From assembly GCA_016719405.1 (NCBI GenBank), contig JADJZE010000019.1:13580-77579 (forward strand): a stretch of 64,000 nucleotides of DNA, read 5' to 3'. This DNA is from Candidatus Aalborgicola lynettensis. GTDB lineage: Bacteria; Pseudomonadota; Gammaproteobacteria; Burkholderiales; Burkholderiaceae_C. A program made the position numbers and the translations under genes. Shown here piece by piece: positions 51,253-60,596 of this stretch. The number at the start of each line of letters is the position of its first letter. The first letter of the stretch is position 1. Under the pieces are notes generated by a model, which saw nothing but the letters and a program-made list of their open reading frames with translations, did not search any database and had not been told where the DNA came from.

Positions 51253-51894
51253 CTAACGCTGTACTCGCACCATTGTCGTTTCGATCCCGGCCTTGTCCAG
51301 TTTGTCTTTGCTGCGCTGTGCATCTTCCTTCGTGGAATAGGGCCCCATGCGCACGCGATAGACCATTCGACCCGACTGCTCACGCTCGGACAACTTGGTT
51401 TCAATTCCACTGAGCGACAGTTTGGCACGCTGCGCCTCGGCATCTTCCGCCGTACGAAATGCCCCCACTTGCACGAAGTACATGAACGGCTCATCGACTG
51501 CTTCCGATGACTTGGCTTTCGCCAAATCACCCAGCGGGTCTGCCGAAACCGCTGGCTTCACCTCCGCTTTGTCGTCGGACTTGGGCTCGGCGGCCGCCTT
51601 GCCTGCCGGTGCCGTAGCGGCTGTAGCGGGCGCAGCAACCGATGCTGCAGCGGAAGCCTGCGCCGCTGGAGGCGCTGCTTTGGCCGGGTTTTTGCCATAC
51701 AACGGCGCATTGGGATCCCAGTCCTTGTTTTTCCTGGCCTCGGCTTCGTCTTGCTCAGAAGACCGCGTCTGGCTTTTGTTGGTAAACGGCATCGGAACCT
51801 TGGTCACATACACCGCCACCGCCAGGGCCGCACCCAAGCCCACCACCACACCCACAATAAACCCAATGAAGGTGCCACCACGCTCCTGCTTCAT
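51253..51894 (-). CDS. SPOR domain-containing cell-division-type protein
   Basis: N-terminal TM helix, an Ala/Pro-rich linker and a C-terminal SPOR domain (FVQVGAFRTAEDAEAQRAKL...YRVRMGPY). Confidence 0.8.
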   Translation of the reverse strand: MKQERGGTFIGFIVGVVVGLGAALAVAVYVTKVPMPFTNKSQTRSSEQDEAEARKNKDWDPNAPLYGKNPAKAAPPAAQASAAASVAAPATAATAPAGKAAAEPKSDDKAEVKPAVSADPLGDLAKAKSSEAVDEPFMYFVQVGAFRTAEDAEAQRAKLSLSGIETKLSEREQSGRMVYRVRMGPYSTKEDAQRSKDKLDKAGIETTMVRVQR

Positions 51895-52003
51895 GCGCTG
51901 CCTCTCTTTAATCGGTTAGGGACAGAGCCAAACGCTTGTCCCGCAAGGTCATTCAGTGGGGCCAGCGCGTTCACCTTCGCGAGTGGTCCGACCCCAACAT
52001 TCG

Positions 52004-53701
52004 TTACATCTTTTGCGGAGCCCCCACGCCCAGCACGGCCAAGCCATTGTGCAACACCTGCGCAGTGGCAGCGACCAAGGCCAAACGTGCGCGCTTGACC
52101 GCTTCGTCATCCACCAAAATGCGCTCCGCATCGTAGTAGCTGTGGTAACTGGCAGCAAGTTCGCGCAGATAAAAGGTTACATCGTGCGGCGCAAAGTCCT
52201 GCGCAGCAGCGGTCAGCATCTCGGGGTATTTGGCCAGCAGCATCATCAATGCCAGTGCCTGCGGACTTTCCAGGGGCGACAGGTCAACCTGGTGCAGGTC
52301 AGCCACGCTTGCTCCCCATGCGGCCAAGACCGAGCAAATGCGCGCATGGGCGTACTGCACGTAGTACACCGGGTTGTCGTTGTTTTTGGCCACGGCCAAG
52401 TCCACATCGAAGGTGTACTCGGTGTCGGGCTTGCGGCTCAGTAAAAAGAAACGCACCGCGTCCTTGCTGGTCCATTCGATCAGGTCGCGCAGCGTCACGT
52501 AACTGCCGGCGCGCTTGCTGATCTTGACTTCTTCTCCGCCGCGCACCACGCGCACCATGGTGTGCAAAACGTAATCGGGGTAGCCTTGGGGAATGCCCAC
52601 ATCAGCCGCCTGCAAACCGGCGCGCACGCGGGCGATGGTGCCGTGGTGGTCGGTGCCCTGGATGTTGACCACCTTGGTGTAGCCGCGCTCCCACTTGGTG
52701 ATGTGGTAGGCCACGTCGGGCACAAAGTAGGTGTAGGTGCCGTCTTGCTTGCGCATCACGCGGTCTTTGTCGTCCCCGTAATCGGTGGACTGGAGCCACA
52801 AGGCACCATCTTTTTCATAGGTTTTGCCGTTGGCCACCAGTTTGGCTACCGTTTTGTCAACACGGCCGCTGGTGTACAGGCTCGACTCCAGGTAATACTC
52901 ATCAAACTTCAGGTTGAAGGCCTGCAAATCCTTGTCCTGCTCGCGGCGCAGGTAGGCTACGGCGAAGTTGCGGATGGATTCCAGGTCTTCCACATCGCCG
53001 CTGGCGGTGAAACTGCGGTCGTCGGCCGCCACCGTCTTGCGCGCCAGGAAGTCATCGGCAATATCCTGAATGTAGTCGCCGTTGTAAAACGCCTTGCTCA
53101 GCGGGTTCTCCGGGTCAATGGGCCAGCATTCGTCGCCGGGCTTGAAACCCTTGGCGCGCAACTGGGTGCTATTGGCCAACGTCTGGATTTGCACACCGGC
53201 GTCGTTGTAATAAAACTCGCGGTGCACACGCCAACCCTGCGATGCAAACAGGTTGCAAATGGCGTCACCCAGCGCTGCCTGGCGGCCATGGCCCACATGC
53301 AGCGGGCCGGTGGGATTGGCCGACACGAATTCAACCAACATGCCCTGGCCGTTGGAGGGCTGAAAGCCAAATTGCGCGCCCTGGCCCAGTACATCGCGCA
53401 CCACCTGCTGCTTGGCGGCAGGCTTCAAACGTATATTTATAAACCCTGGGCCGGCAATCTCCACCGCATCCACCCAGGCAGCAAAAGCGGGCTGCGCCAG
53501 CACTGCGGTGCGCAGGTTCTCGGCCAACTGGCGCGGATTGAGCTTGAGTGGTTTGGCCAGTTGCATGGCCGCCGTGGTGGCCAAGTCGCCGTGGGCGGCA
53601 ACCTTGGGCGACTCGAACGCCGCTTTGGCGCCGCCCCCAGGTGTCAATTGTTCAAGGGACGCGGCCAGGGCCTGGAGAAGTTCATTTTTTACAGAGAGCA
53701 T
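52004..53701 (-). CDS. argS: Arginine--tRNA ligase
   Basis: 565 aa containing [12 protein letters not shown] (HIGH) and KISKRAGS (KMSKS-like) motifs. Confidence 0.96.
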   Translation of the reverse strand: MLSVKNELLQALAASLEQLTPGGGAKAAFESPKVAAHGDLATTAAMQLAKPLKLNPRQLAENLRTAVLAQPAFAAWVDAVEIAGPGFINIRLKPAAKQQVVRDVLGQGAQFGFQPSNGQGMLVEFVSANPTGPLHVGHGRQAALGDAICNLFASQGWRVHREFYYNDAGVQIQTLANSTQLRAKGFKPGDECWPIDPENPLSKAFYNGDYIQDIADDFLARKTVAADDRSFTASGDVEDLESIRNFAVAYLRREQDKDLQAFNLKFDEYYLESSLYTSGRVDKTVAKLVANGKTYEKDGALWLQSTDYGDDKDRVMRKQDGTYTYFVPDVAYHITKWERGYTKVVNIQGTDHHGTIARVRAGLQAADVGIPQGYPDYVLHTMVRVVRGGEEVKISKRAGSYVTLRDLIEWTSKDAVRFFLLSRKPDTEYTFDVDLAVAKNNDNPVYYVQYAHARICSVLAAWGASVADLHQVDLSPLESPQALALMMLLAKYPEMLTAAAQDFAPHDVTFYLRELAASYHSYYDAERILVDDEAVKRARLALVAATAQVLHNGLAVLGVGAPQKM

Positions 53702-53822
53702 GGCGGGATTCTACGGGGGCAACATTCGGGTCATCCACATTGCCACTTGAATCGTTGTGTGGTGGAATCCGATCCGGGTTTTTTAACGGTAGCACCGCTG
53801 CCACTTACTTTAGGGACACACG

Positions 53823-54188
53823 ATGAAAAAACTGTTTACGCTCTTGGCTTTGGGTCTTTCGCTGTCAATGGGCGCCACACACGCCGCAGAAGCCCCCGCT
53901 GCCAAAACCGCGCAACAAACCAAAATGGGCACCTGCAATGCCGAGGCCAAAACCAAAGCCCTCAAAGGGGACGAGCGCAAAGCCTTCATGAAAGACTGCC
54001 TAAGCGCCAAGCCCGCCGATGGCGCCGCCACCGCCGCTGCCGCCCCTGCCGAAAACCCCATGTGTGAGAAATCCGCCGCAGACAAAAAACTGCACGGCGC
54101 CGCCAAAAAAGCGCACATCAAGAAATGCATGGCCGACGGCGCGGCACCTGCAGCCGCAGCCGCTGCATCCGCCCCGGCCGGCAAATAA
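53823..54188 (+). CDS. PsiF-repeat family secreted protein
   Basis: Signal peptide followed by two PsiF-like motifs (CNAEAKTKALKGDERKAFMKDCL and CEKSAADKKLHGAAKKAHIKKCM). Confidence 0.7.
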   Translation: MKKLFTLLALGLSLSMGATHAAEAPAAKTAQQTKMGTCNAEAKTKALKGDERKAFMKDCLSAKPADGAATAAAAPAENPMCEKSAADKKLHGAAKKAHIKKCMADGAAPAAAAAASAPAGK

Positions 54189-54205
54189 GCCGCGCGCCCC
54201 TAGCG

Positions 54206-54241
54206 ACCCGCTGCGCCCCCTCTGGCGCAGCGGGTTTTTTT
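54206..54241 (+). terminator. Rho-independent terminator between psiF-like gene and ubiA
   Basis: 12-bp stem ACCCGCTGCGCC / GGCGCAGCGGGT followed by T7. Confidence 0.8.
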
Positions 54242-55118
54242 ACGGGTGGACCACGGCGCCCGACCATGGCAAACCGGCCACAATCCCGGCAAACAGCGCA
54301 AACCCCACCCAGTGGTTGACCCGAAAGGCGTGAAAACACCCCTCACGCGAACGGGTCCGGATCAGCCAGAAGTGCCACGCCACCTGCGCCGCCGCCGCCG
54401 CAACACCCACACCCCACGCCCACCCCGTCACCCTTGGCGCCACAGCCAGCGCCCACACCACCAGGTACAGGGCGTAAAACACCATCACCGCCGCCACATC
54501 CCAACGCCCCAGCGTAATGGCAGAGGTCTTGATGCCCAGCGCCAAATCGTCATTGCGGTCCACCATGGCGTATTCGGTGTCGTAGGCCAACACCCAAAAC
54601 AGATTGCCCAGCATCAGCAGCCAAGGCAATAGCGGCACCTGCCCTTGCACGGCGGAAAACGCCATCGGAATACCAAAGCCAAAGGCCACCCCCAGCACCG
54701 CTTGCGGCATGGACACCCAGCGCTTGGCAAACGGGTAGAGCACCGTGATGCCCAAGGCACCAAAAGACCAGACAATCGTCGGCAGGTTGGTGGTCAACAC
54801 CAGGCCAAACGCCAGCAAAGCCAAACCCGCCCCCACCCACAGCGCCTCGCGCGTGGACACGGCGCCACGCGTCACCGGGCGCTGCGCGGTGCGCTCCACA
54901 TGGCGGTCGAAGTTCTGGTCGGCCACGTCGTTCACACAACAGCCCGCGCTGCGCATCAGGATCGTGCCCAGCGTGAACACCGCCAGCAAGTGCCAGCCGG
55001 GAAAGCCCCCTGCGGCCAGCCACAGCGCACTCAGGGTGGGCCACAGCAGCAGCAGCCAGCCCGCGGGGCGACTCCAGCGGATCAAATCGAGGTACAGCGC
55101 AATCTTGTGATGCAACAT
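54240..55118 (-). CDS. ubiA: 4-hydroxybenzoate polyprenyltransferase
   Basis: 292 aa polytopic protein containing the [19 protein letters not shown] motif. Confidence 0.9.
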   Translation of the reverse strand: MLHHKIALYLDLIRWSRPAGWLLLLWPTLSALWLAAGGFPGWHLLAVFTLGTILMRSAGCCVNDVADQNFDRHVERTAQRPVTRGAVSTREALWVGAGLALLAFGLVLTTNLPTIVWSFGALGITVLYPFAKRWVSMPQAVLGVAFGFGIPMAFSAVQGQVPLLPWLLMLGNLFWVLAYDTEYAMVDRNDDLALGIKTSAITLGRWDVAAVMVFYALYLVVWALAVAPRVTGWAWGVGVAAAAAQVAWHFWLIRTRSREGCFHAFRVNHWVGFALFAGIVAGLPWSGAVVHP

Positions 55119-55176
55119 TTGCTATATTTCTGATAGCTGCTTGCGCTTGCTGGACGTGCGCAAACGGCCTATTTCA
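55119..55176 (+). repeat. Two-hairpin dispersed repeat (family A), copy 5
   Basis: TTGCTATATTTCTGATAGCTGCTTGCGCTTGCTGGACGTGCGCAAACGGCCTATTTCA fills the oxyR-ubiA spacer exactly. Confidence 0.85.
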
Positions 55177-56133
55177 TGATAGACGGGTAACCCCTGGCAG
55201 CTCGCAGGCATAGACCGCGTTGCGCAAGGCCGCAATCGCCTCGTAGCGGGTAAAGCTGCGCCGCCAGGCCAGCACCACACGCCGTGTGGGGGGCTCGTCA
55301 CCGGGGCCGTCGTGCACCGCAAGGTACTTGACCAGCATATCGGCATGGCGGCGGCTCTTGGCCAGCAGGGCCTCCGCCGGAACACTCAAACGCGGCACCA
55401 GCGTAATACCCATGCCTGCGGCAACCATGTGTTTGATGGTCTCCAGGGATGAGCCCTCAAAACTTTTGCGTATGCCCTCGGCATCACTGGAGAAACGGGC
55501 GAACTCGGGGCACACCTCCAGCACGTGGTCGCGAAAACAATGCCCATTGCCCAGCAACAGCATGGTTTCTTTCTTGAGTTCCTCGGTGCGCACACTGGCC
55601 TGGCTGGCCAGCGCATGGTGCATGGGCACGGCGGCCAGAAAGGGTTCGTCGTACAGCGGCGCGCAGGCCAGGCCGGTATCCGGAAAAGGCTCGGCCAGGA
55701 TGGCGCAGTCGATTTCACCCGTGCGCAGCATTTCCATCAGCTTGACGGTGAAGTTCTCCTGCAGGATCAGCGGCATCTGCGGCGTGCGTTGAATCACCTG
55801 GCGCACCAGATCGGGCAGCAGGTACGGCGCAATGGTGTAAATCACCCCCAGCCGGAGCGGCCCGGCCAGCGGGTCTTTGCCGCGCTTGGCAATGTCTTTG
55901 ATGTTGGCGGCCTGTTCCAGCACACTTTGCGCCTGGCGCACAATTTCTTCGCCCAGGGCGGTGACGGCAACCTCGTTGGCGCTGCGCTCAAACAGTTTGA
56001 CGTCCAGCTCTTCTTCCAGCTTTTTAACGGCCACCGACAGGGTGGGCTGCGACACGTAACAGGCCTCGGCGGCACGGCCAAAATGCCGCTCGCGGGCCAC
56101 GGCAACGATGTATTTGAGTTCGGTCAGCGTCAT
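55174..56133 (-). CDS. oxyR: LysR-family peroxide-sensing regulator OxyR
   Basis: MTLTELKYIVAVARERHFGRAAEACYVSQPTLSVAVKKLE. The redox cysteine pair GHCFRDHVLEVC has the spacing of E. coli C199/C208. Confidence 0.85.
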   Translation of the reverse strand: MTLTELKYIVAVARERHFGRAAEACYVSQPTLSVAVKKLEEELDVKLFERSANEVAVTALGEEIVRQAQSVLEQAANIKDIAKRGKDPLAGPLRLGVIYTIAPYLLPDLVRQVIQRTPQMPLILQENFTVKLMEMLRTGEIDCAILAEPFPDTGLACAPLYDEPFLAAVPMHHALASQASVRTEELKKETMLLLGNGHCFRDHVLEVCPEFARFSSDAEGIRKSFEGSSLETIKHMVAAGMGITLVPRLSVPAEALLAKSRRHADMLVKYLAVHDGPGDEPPTRRVVLAWRRSFTRYEAIAALRNAVYACELPGVTRLS

Positions 56134-56134
56134 G

Positions 56135-57148
56135 TCATTTCCCCAAACCCTTGTTCAGGTGCTGCACCAGAATGTCCAGCCGCTCTTTCCAGGCGCGGCG
56201 CAAATCCGGCGAGGCACCGCCCAAAATACGAAACGCGACCAGGCGCGGATCGTCTTCGGTCCAATAGTCGTCGCGCACCGCCACCTCCAGCTCGCCCCCC
56301 AGGGATGTGACCGTGGAGCCCAGCAGGCTGCCATAAAAGGTGCGGTGATCGGCGTGCAAAATCGCTCGCCCGGCAGGGTCCAGGTCGATAAACCAGCGAA
56401 TGGCGCCGCTCGGGTCAATGCTCACTTCGGTGGCGTTGCCCTTGAACCCGGCGGCGGTGCGCCACGCGGAAATTTGTTCGGCGGCCATCGCCTCGCGCTG
56501 CGCGTCGGTTAATGCCACGCTGGGATTTTGTGCGGCCTTGGCCAAAGCGGCGGCGCGAGCGGCGGCGCGTTCGGCTTCTTCTTCGCGCTGGCGCTGCTCC
56601 TCAATTTCGCGCTTCAGGCCATGCTCAATCTTGTCCAGCCAGGTCTGCAGTCCGTTTGCGAAGCGCTGAAAGTCGTGCGCGATGGCGTTGGGAACCCCGT
56701 CCATTCGCAATACCAGGCGCTCCCCGGTGGGTTGCTTGGTAGCGCGCATGGTCAACTCGTCCGAGGCGTTGAATACGATGCTGCTGAAGCCGGTTTCTAT
56801 GGGCGTCTTTGCGCCCTGTTCGCGCTCGACAATCCGAAAAACCTGGATATGTGCGCCTGGCGCCGGCAGGGTTGCCGTCAGCGCGCCCGTTTGCACGGTT
56901 TCATCGCCTTCGGGCAAAGGCTTGCGCCGGAACTCGCCACAGCGCGCCTGCACCACCAGTTGCTTGGGGCCGTAACGCGCCTCCACTTCCAGTACTTTCG
57001 AAACAAACCGCAACCCACCCGGTATGCCGGTGACCTCGGTGCGCAACAGGTAGGCGTTGTATTCCATGTAGCCATAAATGGCAGCCCCCACCAGCAGGGA
57101 TGCGCCCAGCGCCCACCACAAAAGCGGAAAAAATCCAATCGAGTCCAT
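56135..57148 (-). CDS. Hypothetical membrane-anchored protein
   Basis: 337 aa with one N-terminal TM helix and a central charged helix (REIEEQRQREEEAERAAARAAALAKAA). I recognise no family. It lies 7 nt after recG and 1 nt before oxyR. Confidence 0.7.
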   Translation of the reverse strand: MDSIGFFPLLWWALGASLLVGAAIYGYMEYNAYLLRTEVTGIPGGLRFVSKVLEVEARYGPKQLVVQARCGEFRRKPLPEGDETVQTGALTATLPAPGAHIQVFRIVEREQGAKTPIETGFSSIVFNASDELTMRATKQPTGERLVLRMDGVPNAIAHDFQRFANGLQTWLDKIEHGLKREIEEQRQREEEAERAAARAAALAKAAQNPSVALTDAQREAMAAEQISAWRTAAGFKGNATEVSIDPSGAIRWFIDLDPAGRAILHADHRTFYGSLLGSTVTSLGGELEVAVRDDYWTEDDPRLVAFRILGGASPDLRRAWKERLDILVQHLNKGLGK

Positions 57149-57155
57149 ACCGTGT

Positions 57156-59495
57156 TCAGGCCTTCAGAAAATCAGTTTTCCCACCCAGCCAGCGCTCCAC
57201 ATGGCACGCAGCCAAAGCTGGATGGCGATCCAGCAACATGGGCGCCTCCAGTCTAGCCCAGTCCAGCAAGGCATGGTCGCGATTCAGGTCGGCAAAACGC
57301 AGCATGGCATCACCCGACTGGCGCGCACCCAAAAAAAACTCGCCGGGGCCACGGATCTCCAGATCCCGCCGGGCAATTGCAAATCCGTCGTTGGTCTCGG
57401 CCATGGCCTTGAGCCGGGCGCGCGCGGTCTCGCCCAGGCGCGGCGCGTCCCCGGTGGAATACAGCAACACGCAGGCCGAGGCCGCTGCGCCCCGCCCGAC
57501 CCGCCCGCGCAACTGGTGCAACTGCGACAGGCCAAAACGCTCGGCGTGTTCAATCACCATCAGCGAGGCGTTGGGCACATCCACACCAACCTCGATCACG
57601 GTGGTGCTCACCAGCACCGCCATGTCGCCCGCTTTAAAAGCCGCCATCACCGCTTTTTTCGTCCACCGGCATGCGCGAATGCAACAAGCCCACGTGCGCA
57701 GGCGCTCCCTTGTCGGTGCATACATCGTGCACCGCATCACTGAGCTCGGCATGTGTGTGGGTGGCATTGCGCAGGTCCAGCGCCTCGCTCTCTTCAATCA
57801 GGGGGCACACCCAGTACACCTGCCGCCCGGTGGCAATCTGGCCACGAATGCGCTCCACCACTTCGTCGCGCCGGGTGTCGTGGATTACCCTGGTAATCAC
57901 CGGGGTGCGCCCGGGCGGCAGCTCGTCGATGGTGGACACATCCAGATCAGCGTAGTAACTCATGGCCAAGGTGCGCGGAATGGGTGTGGCTGTCATCATC
58001 AGCATATGTGGCCCCCACGCTCCACCGCTGCGCGGGTCGCTGCCCCCCACGGGGGTGAATTCCCCTTGGGGCGGCCCGGCGGGGAATTGTGGCCCCCACG
58101 CTCCACCGCTGCGCGGGTCGCTGCCCCCCACGGGGGTGAATTCCCCTTGGGGCGGCCCGGCGGGGAATTGTGGCCCCCACGCTCCACCGCTGCGCGGATC
58201 GCTGCCCTGATTTTTCCACTTGTTGCGCAGGGCCAGGCGCTGGGCTACGCCAAAGCGGTGCTGCTCGTCGATGATGGCCAGGGCCAGGTTGTGGAAGTGC
58301 ACTTTTCCTGAATGATCGCGTGGGTGCCCACCACCAGCTGGGCCTCGCCGCTTTCGATCAGGGCCAGAGCCTCGCGGCGTTCTTTGGCTTTTTGGTTGCC
58401 GGTGAGCCAGGCCGTGGTCACCCCCAGCGGCTCCAGCCAACTGAGCAACTTGGCAAAGTGCTGCTCGGCCAGAATTTCGGTTGGCGCCATCAGCGCGCAT
58501 TGCCAGCCGGTGTCGATACAAATGGTGGCGGCCAGCGCGGCCACCACGGTCTTGCCCGAGCCCACATCGCCCTGCAGCAGGCGGTGCATGGGCACCGGAC
58601 GGGCCAGATCCTTGGCCACCTCAGCGCACACGCGCTGCTGTGCACGGGTCAGTGCAAAGGGCAGCCGCTCCAGCAGTTCGGTGTACAACGGCATCAGCAC
58701 CGGCGTGAAGGGCTCCGCCGTGCCCTCCTCCAGCACATCGGCCACCATGGTCAGGCGTGGCGCCCGCAGGCGGGCACGTTCGCGGCGCGACTGCAGTTGC
58801 GACAGCTGCTGCGCCAGCAATTCCTCGGCCTTGAGCCGCTGCCAGGCCGGGTGGCTGTGGTCCTGCAAGGTATGCAAGGACACATCAGGCGTCGGGTGAT
58901 GCAAAAATGATAGCGCGTCCCGCAGTGTCCATAAGGCGTGGTGGCCAATTTGCTTGTTCAACACATCCAGATCGCCGGGGGCAAAGGTGTCGGACAAATC
59001 CACCACCTGCAGCGCCTCGGCCACGGCGCTGCGCAGCGCCGCCTGCGACACGCCTGCCACCGTGGGGTACACCGGCGTCATGGCCGTGGGCAGCGGCGCA
59101 CCGGCCTTACCCACAGCAGGATGCAGCATGCTCCAGCCCACAAAGCCACCCTGCAACTCGCCGCGCACCCGCACACGGTTGCCTACCGCAAAGGCCTTTT
59201 GCTGCGAGGGGTAGAAGTTGAAAAACCGCAGCACGCAGCGCTCGTCGCCGTCGCGCACCGTCACCACCAGCTGTTTGCGCGGCTGGTACTGCGGCTCGCA
59301 GCGCACCACCTCGGCCTCGATCTGCACCATTTGCCCTTCGTGCGCATCTTGCAGCCGGGTGATGCGCGTTTCGTCCTCGTAGCGCAGCGGCAGGTGCAGT
59401 GCCAGGTCGATGGGGCGCTTCAAACCCAACTGGGTGCGGATCTTTTTCGCCGTGGCGGATTCGGGAGCCGGTTGCAAACGTCCTGGCGTGGCCAT
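57156..59495 (-). pseudogene. recG: ATP-dependent DNA helicase RecG, interrupted by two frameshifts and carrying an 81-bp tandem insert
   Basis: Three overlapping ORFs (58245..59495, 57634..58521, 57156..57797) together give a complete RecG, including GDVGSGKT, DEQHRFGV, MTATPIPRTL, VIEVGVDVPNAS and QLRGRVGRG. The frame breaks are at the T4 run 58302-58305 and the T6 run 57654-57659. Confidence 0.85.
58008..58215. repeat. 81-bp tandem repeat (2 full copies plus a partial one), family B
   Basis: TGTGGCCCCC recurs with a period of 81 bp at 58007, 58088 and 58169. The unit is GTGGCCCCCACGCTCCACCGCTGCGCGGGTCGCTGCCCCCCACGGGGGTGAATTCCCCTTGGGGCGGCCCGGCGGGGAATT. Confidence 0.97.
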
Positions 59496-59629
59496 GGGGG
59501 GTTAGGGGTCTTTGGTCGTGGGGAAGGCGTTGTCACCCGAGTAAACCACAAGCGCGGTCGCCACCGCCGCCTCCCCGCCTGGCATGGGGAGCTGCCCACA
59601 TCCATGGGCCCCACGATAGGGGAATTTCA

Positions 59630-59680
59630 GTATATTGCGCACGTGTGCCCGTGCAACGGGCGCAACATGCTATCCATTCA
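59630..59680 (-). repeat. Possible degenerate family A copy (reverse orientation)
   Basis: ATTGCGCACGTGTGCCCGTGCAACGGGCGCAACATGCTATCCA shares TTGCGCACGT, GCGCAA and GCTATC with the reverse complement of copy 5, but the second hairpin is missing. Confidence 0.35.
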
Positions 59681-59707
59681 ACCGTATTCCTTTCAGGGGC
59701 ATGCCTT

Positions 59708-60430
59708 ATGTTATTTCTTCGTCTGCCTATCGCGTTAGGCATTGCCGTATTCCTGGTCGCCTGCGGGGGCGGGGGAGGCAGTGCCAGCCCGACGGCACCA
59801 TCGGCAACTGCTTTTCCGCTACGCGCTGCAATAGATGCCGTCACACGTGATGGCGAAACATTCACGTTGACGGCCACCGGTACCGCCGCTACCGAGGCGA
59901 CGGACGGGCGCTGTAGCGGTAGCATGCGCCAGACTTCGAGCCCCGCCAATGTGTCAACCAGCTTCCGTGGTCAGCCGGTACTGGCATCCACGCACACCAG
60001 CACCGCCACCCTCGACAGCATTTGCAGCAGCACCAGCGCCTCGTCCACCCAATCAACAAACTACTACGACACGCGCTACACGCCAGTGGCCACCGTGCAC
60101 GGTGACGGCAGCTACACCGTTTGGGACAGCACGCCAACATTGCCCGACACGGCGCGGGTGGGCGACTCCGGGCCCATAGGAACCATGACCGAATACACCA
60201 GCGCCGGCGCCGTCAGTGGTAGCTCCGCGTACTCCTACGTCATCGAAGCGGACACCGCCAGCACCGCCCTCTTCAACATGGTCCTGCGCTACTACGACAC
60301 CGCCGGAAAACTGTCCCTCACCAGCCAGACACGCCGACAACTCAACCCGGAGGGCACCGCCGCGCCCGTTGTTTCGTGGGACATTCAATCGGCAGAATCA
60401 TCCGGCATACACTTGGTATTCCGGCGCTAG
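59708..60430 (+). CDS. Hypothetical lipoprotein
   Basis: MLFLRLPIALGIAVFLVACGGGGG has a lipobox (LVAC). The mature part is Ser/Thr-rich. I recognise no family. Confidence 0.65.
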   Translation: MLFLRLPIALGIAVFLVACGGGGGSASPTAPSATAFPLRAAIDAVTRDGETFTLTATGTAATEATDGRCSGSMRQTSSPANVSTSFRGQPVLASTHTSTATLDSICSSTSASSTQSTNYYDTRYTPVATVHGDGSYTVWDSTPTLPDTARVGDSGPIGTMTEYTSAGAVSGSSAYSYVIEADTASTALFNMVLRYYDTAGKLSLTSQTRRQLNPEGTAAPVVSWDIQSAESSGIHLVFRR

Positions 60431-60596
60431 TGCTTCATTTTTCGCAACAAACATCCATCAGACAAGCGTAAGACGCATTTTTTGTTACCCAATCCCAGTA
60501 CCACAGCTGCGCGGCGATTTGCTGCGCTGCACATGCTGTCTGCGACAATCGCCGTCCTTTCACTTGGCACGGGGCCGTTCGGCCCCTCAAGCACCA

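Noticed and set aside
52562-54067. 501-aa plus-strand ORF
   Set aside because: It is antisense to argS and runs through the psiF-like gene in another frame.
58008-58215. Possible CRISPR array (regular 81-bp periodicity)
   Set aside because: The units are contiguous copies of one sequence with no unique spacers. They lie in frame inside recG, and there are no cas genes nearby.
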